Source: Stegostoma tigrinum (Eukaryota). Taken from it: a stretch of DNA of 64,000 nucleotides. A program made the translations under genes and the position numbers. Under the pieces are notes generated by a model. That model was given only the letters and a program-made list of their open reading frames with translations, was not told the DNA's origin and made no database searches. Shown in pieces: positions 25,996 through 39,500 of the stretch (positions are counted from its first letter, which is position 1; every line of letters begins with the position of its first letter). Location of the stretch: contig NC_081383.1 in assembly GCF_030684315.1 (NCBI RefSeq), forward strand, positions 36,086,180-36,150,179, read 5' to 3'.

Positions 25996-26879
25996 AGGTG
26001 TGTAAAAACTGATAGGGTAATTATATTAGGGAATGACTATGACCCCAATATTTTTGGGATAATCAGAGTGTGGAGTTTTTAGACGGGGTAGATGTCTTGA
26101 AGTGCATAAGGAGGGAACATGATGTCAACAACAGATGGTCCTAATTCTGGGGAATGAAACTGGACAGATGTTTGAGGTGACAGCGGGAGAGGATTTTAGT
26201 GATGGTGACCACAACATCGAACGTGTTAAGTTTGTTGTGAATAAGAAGAAAGCCTGTAAAAATGCGTTTTGGATTGAGGTAAGGCCAATTTTTTAAATTA
26301 TAAGGCAGCATCTGGTTGAAATAGACTTGAAACAGCCACTTCAATGTAAATTTACAACAGATCAGTGGGAGGTGCTCCAAAAGGAAGTGGGGGGGGGGTG
26401 GCGGGGGAGTATAGGCCCAATATGTTCTCTTCTGTGTGAAATGTAGGAGCAACAAACCAGAGAACCCTGGATGTTGAGGAATATTCAGGGCTGGATAAAA
26501 AGGTAAAGAGAGTCATATAACAGGTACAAAGGGAGCAAAACAATAGGAGCAAACGAAATGCAGCTGAGAATCTCAAGAAAGCAATTAAGAGAACGAAGGA
26601 AGTGCGTGTGAAAATTCTGACAGGCAAGTTGGTAAATGAAGGGAAGAGGATAACCAGTCAAAGAGGAGAGACCAAGGGCTCAATCTGTGTGTGAAGTTGG
26701 AGGATATTGATAGAGTGTTAAATGAGAACTTCACGTCTGTCTTTACTCTGGAGGAGGAGGATGCAAACACAGAATTCAAGAAGATGGACAGTGAAAGCCT
26801 TGAGTGGATTGATTTCTGAAGTGAGGAGTACTGGAGGTGTTCAAGGTGGACAAATGCTGACGTCCAGATAAGTACTTTT

Positions 26880-28670
26880 TTAATTTGTTCATGGGAGTGT
26901 GGGTATCACTCGCTGGGCCACCATTTATTGCTCATCTCCACTTGCCATGGGACAATTAAGAGTCAACCACATCGCTGTGGGTCTGGAGTCACATGTCAGC
27001 TAGACCAAGGAAGGATGGAAATGAGAATTAGAATAGAATCAGGATTAGGTTTCATTGTCACATGTACTCAAGGATAGGGATACAGGAGTACAGTGAAAAG
27101 TGTACAAAGTCACCATTCTCCAGGACTATTAGGTACAAAATCTTACATATAAAGTAGAAAACAAAGAAATAAAGTTCAAAGTTTAGCATTACAGTCCTTC
27201 TGAAGTGCTTAGCTATGGGCCCGGATCTGGGCGCTTCCACCCTGACGCTGAGACCATCAGCAGCTTGTGTTCCCTCGCTGCTCTGCTGCTGCAGATCCAT
27301 GTTTCTGTTCTTTGGCACCATCTTGCCTCTAGCAACAGCGTCGCTGCCATGAGACCATGCTGGGCTGAGCTTGGCAATGAAGCCGCCGCTGAAGCTGCCA
27401 TGTGCTCTCCACAGTAGGCAAATATGTTTAAAGTTAAAAAAAAAGCACAGACAGGAAAAAAAGTAAAAGCAGATGGAGTTGATGAGTCCGCGCAGGGCTT
27501 CAGCTTGGGTCCCTCACCTCCATCCCAGGCCTCAAGAAGACTTTCCACATCAAGCAGATGTTCACCTGCACATCTGCCAATGTGGTAAACTGCATCCACT
27601 GTACCCGGTGTGGCTTCCTCTGCATTGGGGAAACCAAGCGGAAGCTTGGGGACCTCTTTGCAGAGCACCTACACTCGGTTCGCAATAAACAACTGCACCT
27701 CCCAGTCGCAAACCATTTCAACACCCCCTCCCATTCCTTAGACGACATGTCCAGCCTGGGCCTCCTGCAGTGCCACAATGATGCCACCGAAGGTTGCAGG
27801 AACAGCAACTCATATTCCACTTGGGAACCCTGCAGCCCAATGGTATCAATGTGGATTTCACAATCTTCAAAGTCTCCCCTCCCTCCACTGCATCCCAAAA
27901 CCATCCTAGCTTGTCCCTGCCTCCCTAACCTGTTCTTCCTCTCACCTATCTCCTCCTTCCACCTCAAGCCGCACCTCCACTTCCTACCCACTAACCTCAT
28001 CCTGCCCCCTTGACCTGTCCGTTCTCCCCAGACTGACCCATCCCCTCCCTACCTCCCCACCTACACTCACCTCTACTGGCTCCCTCCCCGTCCCTTTAAC
28101 TTGTCTGTCTCCTCTCCACCTATCTTCTCCTCTATCCATCTTTGATCTGCCTCCACCCTCTCCCTATTTATTTCAGAACCCTCACCCCCTCCCCCTTTTC
28201 TGATGAAGCGTCTAGGCCCGAAACGTCAGCTTTTGTGCTCCTAAGATGCTGCTTGTCCTGCTGTGTTCATCCAGACCCACACTTTGTTATCTCAGATTTT
28301 CCAGCATCTGCAGTTCCCGTTATCTCTCTTCAACTTGGGGCCATGGTGGGCTTAACCTTGACTCAACACGAGATCAGCTTGTCACCACCGATGCTCCCTG
28401 AGAATGAGAGGTAAGTAGAAAGGAAAAAGCATACAAGAAAAAGAATAATAGAAATGGACAATAGTGAATGAGCTCTGACTCACGAGACCTACTCTGTTGC
28501 CATCTTGGATCATTGCTGAACCAGACAGGTTTTCCCAAAATTGACATTAGTTTTTTAATTCCAGGTTTTTAATTGAATATAAATCCTCTATCTGTCATGG
28601 CAGGATTCAAAACCAGATCCCCAGATCATTGTTGAGGTCCCTAGATTGATACTAGACCATTGCCTGTCTG
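26880..28670 (-). mobile_element. SacSINE1-like tRNA SINE split in two (26880-27020 and ~28520-28670)
   Basis: Both halves match the uninterrupted copy at 45455-45790 (CACATCGCTGTGGGTCTGGAGTCACATG; tRNA-like head near 28600-28660). Confidence 0.6.
27510..28327 (+). mobile_element. PLE (Neptune-type) 3' fragment: GIY-YIG + terminal repeat
   Basis: ORF 27558-28013 (FTCTSANVV..HCTRCG...IGETKR); hammerhead motif at 28200; TSD CTTCAGCTTGGG 27498-27509 / CTTCAACTTGGG 28328-28339. Confidence 0.92.
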
Positions 28671-29733
28671 TCACACACAGGCTGCTGCAGGAGATGAGGG
28701 AGGAAATTACCTGGGCCCTCACCCAAATGTTGAAATCATCTCTGGCCACAGGGAGGCGCCAGATGACTACCAGGCAGCTAATGTGGTTCCACATTACAAA
28801 GGTGGTAGGCGTAGAACAGGGAACAATAGATCAGTGAGCCCAACATTAGTGATTGAGAAACAATTGGAGAAAATAGTGAAGGAGAAATTTAATCTCCATT
28901 TGGAGAGATGAGGTTCGATCAGGAATAGTCAGCATGGTTTTGTAGGAGGTAGGTCATGCAGGACAAATTTGGTGGAATTTTTTGAGGAGGTGACCAAGTG
29001 TTTGGAAGGAGGTAGGGCAGTTGATGTAGTTCATATGTATTCCAGGCAGGACTTAGATATGATTCCATGTGGAAACTGACAAAGAAAACCGACACAGGAG
29101 GCAGACGGTGTAGTAGAAGGCTGTTTGTGTGAATAGAGCCCGGTGTGTAGTGGCAAACTACTGGAATCAGGCCTGGGTTCCTTACTGTTTGTGAACTTCA
29201 TAAGTAGTGTAAATGAGAATGTGGGGAGATGATAAATAATTTTGCGCATTACATAAAGTGGCTGGGTGGTTGACAGTGAGGAAGGCTTTAGGATACAGGA
29301 GGATGTAAATGGATTGGTTAGGTGGGCAGATCAGTGGCAGTTGGAATTTAACTCTGATAAATGTGAATGATGCAGTTTGGAAGAAGAAACAAGACAAAGC
29401 ACTACTCAATAAATGACAAGACACCAGGAAACTCAGAGGGATCATGGCGTTTTTGTCCAAACATCCCTGAAAGTGGCAAGACAGGTTAACAGGGGAGTTA
29501 AGAAAGCGTTTGCACTCATCTTTATAAGTCATGGCATTGATTATAACAGCAGAGAGGCCATATTGCAGCTGCACATATCTTTGGTCAGGCCACAGCTGGA
29601 GTACTGTGTGTGGTTCTGGTCCATACAACACAGGATGGATATAATTGCACTGAAGAGGGTGCAGAGAAAATTCACCAGGATATTTCCTGGAGTGGAGCAT
29701 TTCAGCTATGAACAGAAGCTGTGTAAGCTTGGG

Positions 29734-29841
29734 ATAACACAGTGTGGAGCTGGAGGAACACGGCAGGCCAGGCAGCATCCGTGTTCCTCCAGCTCCACAC
29801 TGTGTTATCTCTGAGTCCAGCATCGGCAGCTCTTACTATCT
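29734..29841. repeat. Fold-back PLE terminal-repeat mini-insertion in CR1
   Basis: Perfect 31-bp inverted repeat 29733-29763 / 29779-29809; 15-bp TSD CTGTGTA(A/T)GCTTGGG 29719-29733 / 29842-29856. Confidence 0.9.
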
Positions 29842-31099
29842 CTGTGTATGCTTGGGTTGTTTCCTTTTGGAGCAGAGAAAGTTGAGGGGGAACCCGATCA
29901 AGATCTCTAAGATAATGAAGGGTGGCACAAGATGAACAGAAAGCAACTATTCCCTTTAGTTGAAGGGACAATAACAAGGTTGCGGGTGGTGTGGGGATGG
30001 CATAATTTTAAAGTGAAAGGCAGGAGGTTGAGAGGGGATATGAGGAAAAAAATTTCCAACCAGATATTGGTGGGTGTCTGGCTGGAATGCACTACTTGGG
30101 AGGGCAGTTGAAGCAGGAAACTTCACAACCTTTAAAAAGTACTTGATTGAGCACATGAAGTGTCAAAACATTCAAGTGTATGGCCTGGTGCAGGAAAGTA
30201 GAACAAATGTAGGGAGTACACACTTGAAGGGCTGAAGGACCTATTCTGTAGGATTCTATGATTCTAAAACTGGGAACACTATGAAATGTATTACGTTGCT
30301 AGATCTCTTGAATAACCTTATCATAATTTGACTGAAACCTTTTTTTTGTTTAAAAGTAGAAATACTTACATATCAATTGAGCTCAGCATAGAATGTAACA
30401 TCACAGTTTGATGGTCCTATTTTTTATCCTTGCCCTGAAATTCAAAGTGAAGTATTTCAAGATTCCTCCTCTCTTAATTGGCTCTTCATTCTCCCAGAAT
30501 GCAACATTCTCAGGAAAATAAAACATTAAAACATGAGTAATGAATATGTACAACGTTGAGTTGTCCTTAGAAGCAAGCTCCTAAATTCTCTTGTTTAGCC
30601 ATTAATACTGAAACTGTGCCTACAGTCCATGAACCACAAACACAGATAATGGCAGATTTGGTCGCTGAGGATGCGGTATTAGAAACCATCTTGCAGCGAA
30701 AGGCAAATAAACGCCCAAACCAACACACAATGCCCCATGAGAAAGGAATGCATGCCCTCTGTTCCCACCTCCAAAAGCTGATATGTTCTACATTGAATCA
30801 AATTATTATTGATATCCTGGAAGAGAATTGGCATATATGTGTCTACTATTTCGTCATGTTACCTTTAGGTGTGGTCCTCCATTCAGGATGTGATGGATCC
30901 AAAAAGTTGGCCAGGATTTTGGATGGTGCCTCACAGTTACATCTGGGGAGTGAACGGCACTCGTTAGACATAGATGGGTGTGAGGGCTCCATGGTTTCTA
31001 GACAACTAAATTGTAAAATAGGGGTGTGCAATAAATTCTGCCCTAGGCAGTGACACCCTTCTCCCATGAATGAATAAATAACAAACTTCAGCGGCTGCT

Positions 31100-32600
31100 T
31101 CACAGAGATGATTGTAATCAGTTTGTGCTCACAATGACATGGTCGCGATTGCTTGACGCCAGGATTTGTATCCCACATGGTGTTCACTGCCTATATTTCA
31201 CACTCAGGGCTCTGTTTTTACAGCCTTCTTTAACCTATACTGTGCAAGAGTCTGGCTGATGGAATTGTCCTTGGTCTTCCAGGGAACCACTAAACTTACA
31301 TGTCCCTTTCACCTTGCTCTCCCTGTTGACCTCATTCCCTCCCCATCCCAGAATAGCCCATGTTCTCCAATGTGCTGTTATCTCCCATCCTTATATATTG
31401 AGTTGCCCACTGTCAGAATGACCGTGCTCTCTAGGATCCCCACAATTGACTCACTCAACTTCCCAATCACAGCACTTAGCCCTGGTAACGCACCTTGACA
31501 TTCATCGTCAGGACTGACCATGGCCCATGCTCCCTGCCCAAGTGCAACAACAGCCCTGACTGATAAGAGACCAGTTTCATGACTGATCAGTGTGCAGCTG
31601 CTCAATGGGTACACTGCTAGTGCCCTGACTGGTTGCAATGGCTCTGCAGGACAGACTGTGTCCTCTCCCCAGACTGTAATGATATAGAACCACAGAACTG
31701 ATTCTCCCGAGTGATCAATTGAATGTATGCCCAAGACCCTGGACTGAGGTCAGACACTGCCCTTGGCTGTCTGTGATGAGACACCCTGACTGACAACACA
31801 ACCCCCTTTACCTGAATGAGGTCTTCTCCCCTTAGATTTTAGATGTGGACAATTGGCTGAAGAACATGCAGTGTTACGCTCAGTTAGCTGCTGTTACATG
31901 CTGTAGAAGTGAGATTGATGTTGCCCAGTGATGTACAGCAACATGTCCACCTCCCCCTTTCACTGGTCACTGCTGACAACCACAACAAGCTGCCTGGCCC
32001 CGTGGTTATGCTAAAAGGCAAAGCAACACAGATGTATTGTGTGTCTGCAAGCTCTGAAAGAGGCGGAAAAGGGCAAAAAGCCGAGGCAAGGCAGAGCGCA
32101 GATACTGTGAGCGTCCAAGTCAGTGTAAGGTGAGTAAGTGTTACAAAGTGAGTAAGGGCCCCGTGATGAACCCTGCTCCAATGCATGTATCCCTGACCCT
32201 GAGTGCAAAATGTGCTATCCACATTATAATGAAAGATGTTAGTGTGGCCCAAACTACAGCAATAAAGTGGAGAGGTGTAGTGTAAGTGATTCAGAGATGT
32301 GGTGAGGCTTGTACATGTCCATGGCCAACTGCCATAGATCAGGAGTTCACAGTTGTTACTCCCCAAGGGGCATATACTGAGATGTTGGGACTACTGGTCC
32401 AGAGGAACACGTTAAGCTGGAGCCTCCAGGTACCACCTCGGAAGATAATGTCGGGAATTGGTGCCATCTGGTTTCTCCCCACTGCTGGGAGAATAGCAAA
32501 GTTGAGATGTTTGACCATGGAAACAGGCCCCTCTCTGCTTACTGGCACAATGCTTATCTCATTGTTCAAACATTGGGTGCAAACTGGAATCGCTTTTCAT
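31100..32600 (-). mobile_element. Possible decayed PIF/Harbinger transposon (Myb/SANT-like ORF remnant)
   Basis: Weak resemblance only (DIIFRGG..., VNS..MAV.PW...NHL at ~32270-32460 on the minus strand). Confidence 0.3.
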
Positions 32601-32982
32601 AAAGTCAAGAATCTCATTTTTCTGATCTTCTCATTTTCTAATTTTGGACTCAGCATTGCTGTGGCTGGGAGAATTCTGCTGATTGTATCAGAATGAATTG
32701 TATTCTTGAATCAAAGGGGAATCAAGATTTGACTGAAAGTAATCTAAGTGGCCTTATTCATCCATAGGCATCATGTGATCTGGTTTCAAAAGGTCTTTCA
32801 CCCATTGAATCTACTTCTTTTTAATTGAACAGAGGATGAGTAACATTTCAAGTGAACATAACCCAACGAATGGATCCGTTGCTTGAATGAAGAGGAGACA
32901 CTGTTTCAATTGTATTTCCTGCAGTTCACAACAAATATTGCCCATGTGTCGAAAAAACAGTGACAACACGCACATATATATA

Positions 32983-33160
32983 GCAAAAACAGAATTTGCT
33001 GGATAAGCTCAGCAGGCCTGGCAGCATCAATGAAGAGAAATCAGAGTTAACATTTTCGGTCTGGTGACCCTTCCTCAGAACTATTCTGGGGTTCTGAGCT
33101 TTTCTAGCAATTTTTGGTTTTGTTTCTGATTTACAGCATCTGCAATTCTTTTGGTTCTTA
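32983..33160. repeat. Fold-back PLE terminal-repeat element with minus-strand hammerhead core
   Basis: Same family as 22165-22385; minus strand 33046-33082 reads AGTT-CTGAGGA-AG-GGTC(ACCA)GACC-GAAA-ATGTT-AACT. Confidence 0.8.
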
Positions 33161-33164
33161 CTTT

Positions 33165-34670
33165 TATATAACACCTTGAACATAATAGGAATATCCCAAG
33201 TGTTTCACAAAAACATTATAAGACAAAATATGTCACTGAGCCTCTGAGGGAGATATCGGGTTGAATTGTCAAAATCTTGGTCAAAGAGTGGGTTTTACAA
33301 GGGACTGAAAGGAAGTAGAAATGGTGGAGAAGTGGAGAGGTATAGGCCTGGATTTCCAGATCTTGGGACCTAGGCAAATGCAGGCATGATCTCTAATGGT
33401 TGAATAATCATAATCAGGGAATGCAAAAGGGACCGGAATTAGAAGAGCACTGGTGTCTCAAAGTGTCTGGAGGTGATTACAAAAACAGAGAGGAGGAAGA
33501 AAAAAGAATGGTTTGTAAACAAATGGTGAGAATTTAAAAATCAAGACATTGCTTGACAGGAAGCGCTATAATCAGCAAGCATGGACTGATGGAGGAACAG
33601 GGCTTTCTGCAAGTTAGACTGAACAGCAGCAGTTTGGTTATCATTCCTTTACTGAGAGTAAAATCTGGGACGAATGTACTTTAATAATGGAGTCTTTAGG
33701 AAACCAAGGCCTGGATGTGGTTTTCAGCAGCAGGTGAACTGAGACATGAATAAAGTCAAGCAATGTTACCAAGAAGAAACAGACAGCCTTAGAGATGACA
33801 GGAATGAGAGGACGAGATGACATGAGTGAGAGGACGAGATGACAGGAACGAGAGGACGAGGATCAAATGTGATATTGCTGTTGAAAACAAACTGGTTTAA
33901 CATAAGTGTGTTGTTTGGGAAATGGATGAGTTGGTAGCTATGGAGCCGATATTGGAGCAAGGCCAGAAACCATGGCTTCAGTCATCCCCATATTTAGTTT
34001 CACAGAATTTCTGCTCATCTGGTATGGGATGTCAGATGAACAGACTGTTAATTTAACGGCATGAAGGGGTGAAGAGAAGAGTTGGTGAGGTGCCATTGAC
34101 ATACTTGTGAATATTAATACTGTTCCTTTTCAAGATGTCAAGGAGCAACATGTGGATGGAAAATAGGAGGCATCCTAGTACTGATTCTTGAGGGATGTCA
34201 CAGATAATTGTGCGGGAGCAGGAAGACAAGCCATTGCAACGGATCCTGTGAGGATGATGAGGTAGAGAAGATGGCAGTATGTCAGAATAATCCACCCAGG
34301 TGGAATGGGGGGGGGGAGGGGAATGGTGGTGCAGAATGGGACAGCAATCATGTCATGGACTGCAACCCGTTCAGGTAATGAGACGAGGGAAATTGATCAC
34401 ACAGGATGTCATTGCTGACTTCAATAAGCAATTTCAGTTCCGTAGTAGGGGAGCCAGCTGGATTAGCAGCTGGAATTCTGGGAATGATGAGAAGGGATTC
34501 AGAAAGTGACAACATATTCAAGGAATTTGGACAGGAAAGAGATGCTGGAGGTTGAATGGAGGATTGAGGGACGGTGCAGTCCAGATGTATTCCTTGAGGA
34601 GACACATGTTGGTGGCAGATGTAAAAGAGAGAAGATCAGCACCTGAACAGAGAGACCTATTTCAATATTT
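33165..34670 (-). mobile_element. Old L2-type LINE remnant
   Basis: ORF 34053-34295 contains a decayed RT motif (DIPQESVLGCLLFSIHM); L2-like 3' end near 33170-33240. Confidence 0.65.
33792..33860 (+). repeat. 22-bp tandem repeat, 3 copies
   Basis: GAGATGACAGGAATGAGAGGAC / GAGATGACATGAGTGAGAGGAC / GAGATGACAGGAACGAGAGGAC. Confidence 0.9.
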
Positions 34671-35027
34671 TCTAACCAACCTATTTGGAGAGATATGTGG
34701 AGCAGGTGGGACTTGAGCCTGGGTTTCCCGAATCAGCGGTGGGGACACTATAACTGTGCCTAAACAGCTGTTTAAACAGACCCAATCACAACTTCAGATC
34801 GTAAGGGGGCCAGGAGGTAGAGCTGGGTGATCATGGTTTCGTGGGAATAGGATTGAAGAAATGGGTGCGGAGTCAGAGGAGAAACTGGAAATGGTTGTGA
34901 GTTCAGGGCAAAGCACAGTGAAGCAGAAAAGGAAGTTTGGTAAAGTGGCCTCATGGAATGGAGAGAAACAGCTGAGGCATCTGATCAGATTGTTTTAATT
35001 CAAGTGAAAAAGACATCTGCAAGATCC

Positions 35028-36549
35028 TTGTACACTGGCCCTATCCCCCACCTCTTCCTCTGCTACATCGATGACTGTATCACTGCCACCTCATGCTCCC
35101 ACGAGGAGCTCAAACAGTTCATCCACTTCACTAATGCCTTCCACCCCAACCTTAAATTCACCTGGACCATCTCTGATACCTGTCTCCTTCCTGGCTCTCT
35201 CTGTTTCCATCCCTGGCATCCACCTGGAAACTGATATCCATTTCACACCTACCGACTCCCACAGCTACCTAGAATACACCTTCTCCCACCCAACTTCCTG
35301 CAAAAATGCCATCCCCATTCCCAATTCCTTCGCTTCCACTGCATCTGCTCCCAAGATGAGGCATTCCACTCCTGTACATCCCAGATGTCCTCGTTTTTCA
35401 AGAACTGCAACTACCCCTTCACAGTGATCAAAAACGTCCTTGACAGCATCTCTCGCATTTCCCACAACTCATCCCTCACACCCCCTCCCCACAATAACAG
35501 CAAAAACAGAATCCCCTTCGTCCTCACATACCACCACACCAACCTCCAAATCCAAGGCATCATCCTCCAACATTTCTGCCATTTGCGATCTGACCCCACC
35601 ACCAAGGACATTTTTCCCTCCCCACCCTTATCTGTCTTCCGGAGGGACCACTCTGTCTGTGACACCCTTGTCTGCTCCACACTCCCATCCAGCCCCACCA
35701 CTCCCGGCACTTTTCCATGTAACCACAGGAAGTGCTACACCTGCCCCTACACTTGCCCCCTCACCCCCATCCCAGGCCCCAAGAAGACTTTCTACGTCAA
35801 GCAGATGTTCACCTGCACATCTGTTAATGTGGTATACTGCATCGGCTGTACCCGATGTGGCCTCCTCTACATTGGGGAAACCAAGCAGAGGCTTGGAGAC
35901 CGCTTGGTGGAACACCTACGCTCGGTTTGCAACAAACGACTACACCTCCCAGTCACAAACCACTTCTACTCCCCCTCCCACTCCTTGGACGACCTGTCCA
36001 TTCTGGGCCTCCTGCAGTGCCGCAATGATGCCACCCGACGGTTGCAGGAACAGCAACTCATATTCCACTTGGGAACCCTGCAGCCCAATGGTATCAAAGT
36101 GGACTTCACAAACTTTAAAATCTCCCCACCCCCCACTGCATCCCAAAACCAGCCCAACTCGTCCCCGCCTCCCTAACCTGTCCTTCCCCTCACCTCAAAC
36201 CCCACCCCCACCTCCTACCTACCAGCCTCATCCCCACCTCCTTGACCTGTCTGTCCTCCCTGGACTGACGAACCTCCACCCTAACTCCCCACCTACACTC
36301 ACCTTTACTGGTTCCATCCCCGCCTGCTTGACCTGTCTGTCTCCTCTCCATCTATCTGCTCCTTTATCCATCTTCCATCCGCCTCCCCCCTCCCTATTTA
36401 TTTCAGAATCCCCTTCCCCTCCCCCATTTCTGAAGAAGAGTGCAGACCTGAAATGTCAGCTTTCGTGGCCCTCTAATGCCTGTTGTGTTCATTCAGCTCC
36501 ACACCTTGTTATCTCAGATTCTCCAGCATCTGCAGTTCCTGCTATCTCT
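35028..36549 (+). mobile_element. PLE (Neptune-type), 5'-truncated
   Basis: YIDD at ~35065; ORF 35385-36176 with PCNHRKCYTC and NVVYCIGCTRCGLLYIGETK; terminal repeat 36430-36549. Confidence 0.93.
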
Positions 36550-39500
36550 ACAAGACACTTGCACTTGTTGAGGTGTGGGTGAACAGGGCAGGGAGGTCAC
36601 TTTGTTTTCCTTGGAGCAGAGAAGGCTAATGGGGGGATCTGATTGAGGTGTACAGAGCTCTGAGGAGCAAACACAGGTGAGATAGTGTGAGACGTTCCCC
36701 GTTAATAGAAGCATCAATAACCTGGGGGTGGTGGGTGGGGTTGGTTACATTTTTAAGGGACAGGAGGTTTTGAGAGGATTGAAGGAAACCTTTTTTCACC
36801 CAGAGAGTTGTGGGCATCTGGAATTCACTGCCCGGGAGGGTGGCAGAGGTCAAGAAACACTTGACATTTATGAACTGTTTCAATAAGAACTTGAAATATC
36901 ATTGCAAACAAGGCCAGGAGCCAACGTTGGAAAGTGTGGTCATAATCGATCGATTTTGACACTGGCACAGACATAATGGGCCAAAAGGCCTCTTTCCAGG
37001 CTGTTTTAACTCTTATGGATTTATCATTACATTCCAGGATAATCCAGGAAAATTGACACTGTGAGCAGATCAGATTCGGATCTGATAGCGGTTTGAGTCA
37101 CCTTCCAGATCGAGCAGTGAGTGTCTAAACCAGTTCTGTCAAAACAAAATAACAGAAAATAGCAGCAAGGAGAGGCCATTCAGCTCTATGAGCGTGCTCA
37201 GCCGTTCCATATGATCATGGCTGACCATCCAACTTATTTGTCTGTTCCTGATTTCCTCCCACCTCCTTTGATCCCTTTAGCCCCAAGTGTTTCATCCAAT
37301 TCCTTGAAATTTTACAATGTTTTGGCCTTGACTGCTTTCTGTATTCGTGAATTCTACAGGCTCACCTTTCTCTGGGTGAAGACCTTTCTCCTCAACTCAG
37401 TCGTGAATGGTTTCCTTAGACAGTATCCCCTGGATCTGGAGTCCCCCATCAGCAGAATCATCCTTCTTGCAGTTATCCTGTCGAGTTTGGTTAGAATTTT
37501 ACACATTTCTATGAGAACCCCACCCCCATGCTTCTAAACACCTGAATATCAACCTAACTGATTCAATCTCTGCTAATATATCAGTCCTGTTAACCCAGGA
37601 ATCAGATTGCTAAATTTTCGCTGCACTCCCTCTGTTGCAAGAACATCCTTCCTCAGAGAAGAAGACCAAAAATGCACACAATATTCTGGGTGTGGTCACA
37701 CCAAGGCCCTGTATGATGGCAGCAAGACATCCTCTGCACTTGAATCCTCTTGCGATGAAGGGCAACGTACAATTTGCCTTCCTTACCACCTGCTGTGCCT
37801 GTATGCTTACCTTCAGCGACTGATGTACAAGGGAACCCAGGTCTCTGCACATTCTGTTCTCGTGATGTATAGCCATTCAGATAATCATCTGCCTTTCTGT
37901 TTTTGATGCCAAAGTGAATAACCTCACATTTATCTGGTTGTGCACTTTTTCCGATCAGGTCTGTGCCTCTTGACCTAGTTTGAAAAGAGTTGAGGGGGAG
38001 TATGGAAGCAAATGGGACTGAGTTAGAGAGTTGAATGCTTTTATGGGACACTATCTTCTGGAGGTGAATGTACATTTCAGCGAATCAGTAGTTGACAAAA
38101 CGCTGTGAAAGATGGAGGGAAATAAAAAAAGAGTAAGAGTCCTGAAAGTGCAGTTACAAGTGAATTTCAGACCGCTTATTCCAGGGTGGGATACAGAGGG
38201 TGTTGGGGTTGTACTGTGAGGGAGATGTGGGTAATGAGAAATGCAACACAGTGTTCAGCAATTCTATATTCTCTGAAGCCTCCGAAATTGAGCAGTGACA
38301 ATGCTGCTGTCTCTTGTCTCTGTTCTCTCCCGATTCCATATTTGAGCCTCTCCAATCAAATCTCAGCCCAAATCAAAGTTAAAAGTGTTATCTCTTCAGG
38401 CTCTCCATGGTGACTTATCTTCCTCAACCTTTCTTAAGGAGTTTTCACAATGTTGGCCATGTTCTCCTATGTCTCTCACCCATTACGCAGCTCTGTGAAA
38501 TGCCCCTGCTTTACTCCCTTATTAAATAGCCGGTTGTAGTCAGAGGATCTCCAACATTGTCTTCTTTAACCAATCCTGCAGCATTATCTCTGGAGATCCT
38601 ATCCTTGGCCGTGTCCTATTGGTTGTCTACATACTGCTCCTTACTACCAGATTTCGAAGCCACAGAATCAGGATTCCCATGAATAACTATGCTGTCTCAT
38701 CACCAGTTCCTTCGATGCCGCCAGTGCTTCTGTTGCACTGCACTGTTTTTCCAACCCTGGATGAACTGCCAAGTCCTCCAAATTAATGTTGGAGGAATGA
38801 ATGGCATTGCTTTCAGCTCAAACTGCAAATACTGCTCCTTCATGACCATCTCCATTCTCCTCTGCGGCCACTTTCTCAGGTTGATACATATTGTTTGCAG
38901 ATGTGACATGCTGTTTTACACAGAGCTGAGGTTCTGAGGAAACATCCTCTCGACCACTGAGTGCCACAACATTTCTCTGCCCAAGTCTCCAGCCCATCTA
39001 TATCCTGCTGCATCCTCTGTCAATCTTCCTCACTATCCACGGCTCCCTCAATCTTTGTGTTTTCTGGAAACTTACTGATCAAGCCACCTACATTGTTCAC
39101 CAAATCATTTGGAGGCTGGGAACAATCACACGATGGGAGCCTCACAGAAGTGTCCCCTTAATCGGCTTGAGATTATGGGTTTCAGCTGGGCTCTTGATAT
39201 TGGAGGACCAATTGAGAGTGCTTCTAGCGCAAGAGGAGCAGCAGGAACAGGAAGGGGTAAAACAGAGGAGGTGCTTCAACATGGAGGTGTCCTGTTAGCA
39301 AAATGTTCCATGTTTTTATTGTTATTTTAGCCAGGGTCAGACAGGGGCCACAAGGGAATGGAGACTCTTCACAATGTGGAATGTGCCTGCTCCTGCCTCA
39401 AGCAGGAGCTTGGGCCTTGGAGCCCACTGTAACCTGGGCCCTCTGACCAGCCACTGATTGCCTGACTCCCTCCAACTAAGGTGGGCCCTACCAGTGCAGC

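Larger units (their letters stand above)
26000..30270 (+). mobile_element. CR1-type LINE interrupted by nested insertions
   Basis: ORF2 motifs at ~26100-26870 resume at ~28670 (ANVVP, QHGF..GRSC.TNL.EFFEEVT, LVRPQLEYCV..WS); CR1-like 3' end ~30200-30270. Confidence 0.85.

Noticed and set aside
33792-33860. CRISPR-like array
   Set aside because: Head-to-tail 22-mers without spacers in eukaryotic LINE debris
35440-36582. 380-aa Pro/Ser/Thr-rich ORF and similar ORFs (103-561, 14077-14508, 15048-15428)
   Set aside because: Alternate or antisense frames of the C-rich PLE; not independent genes
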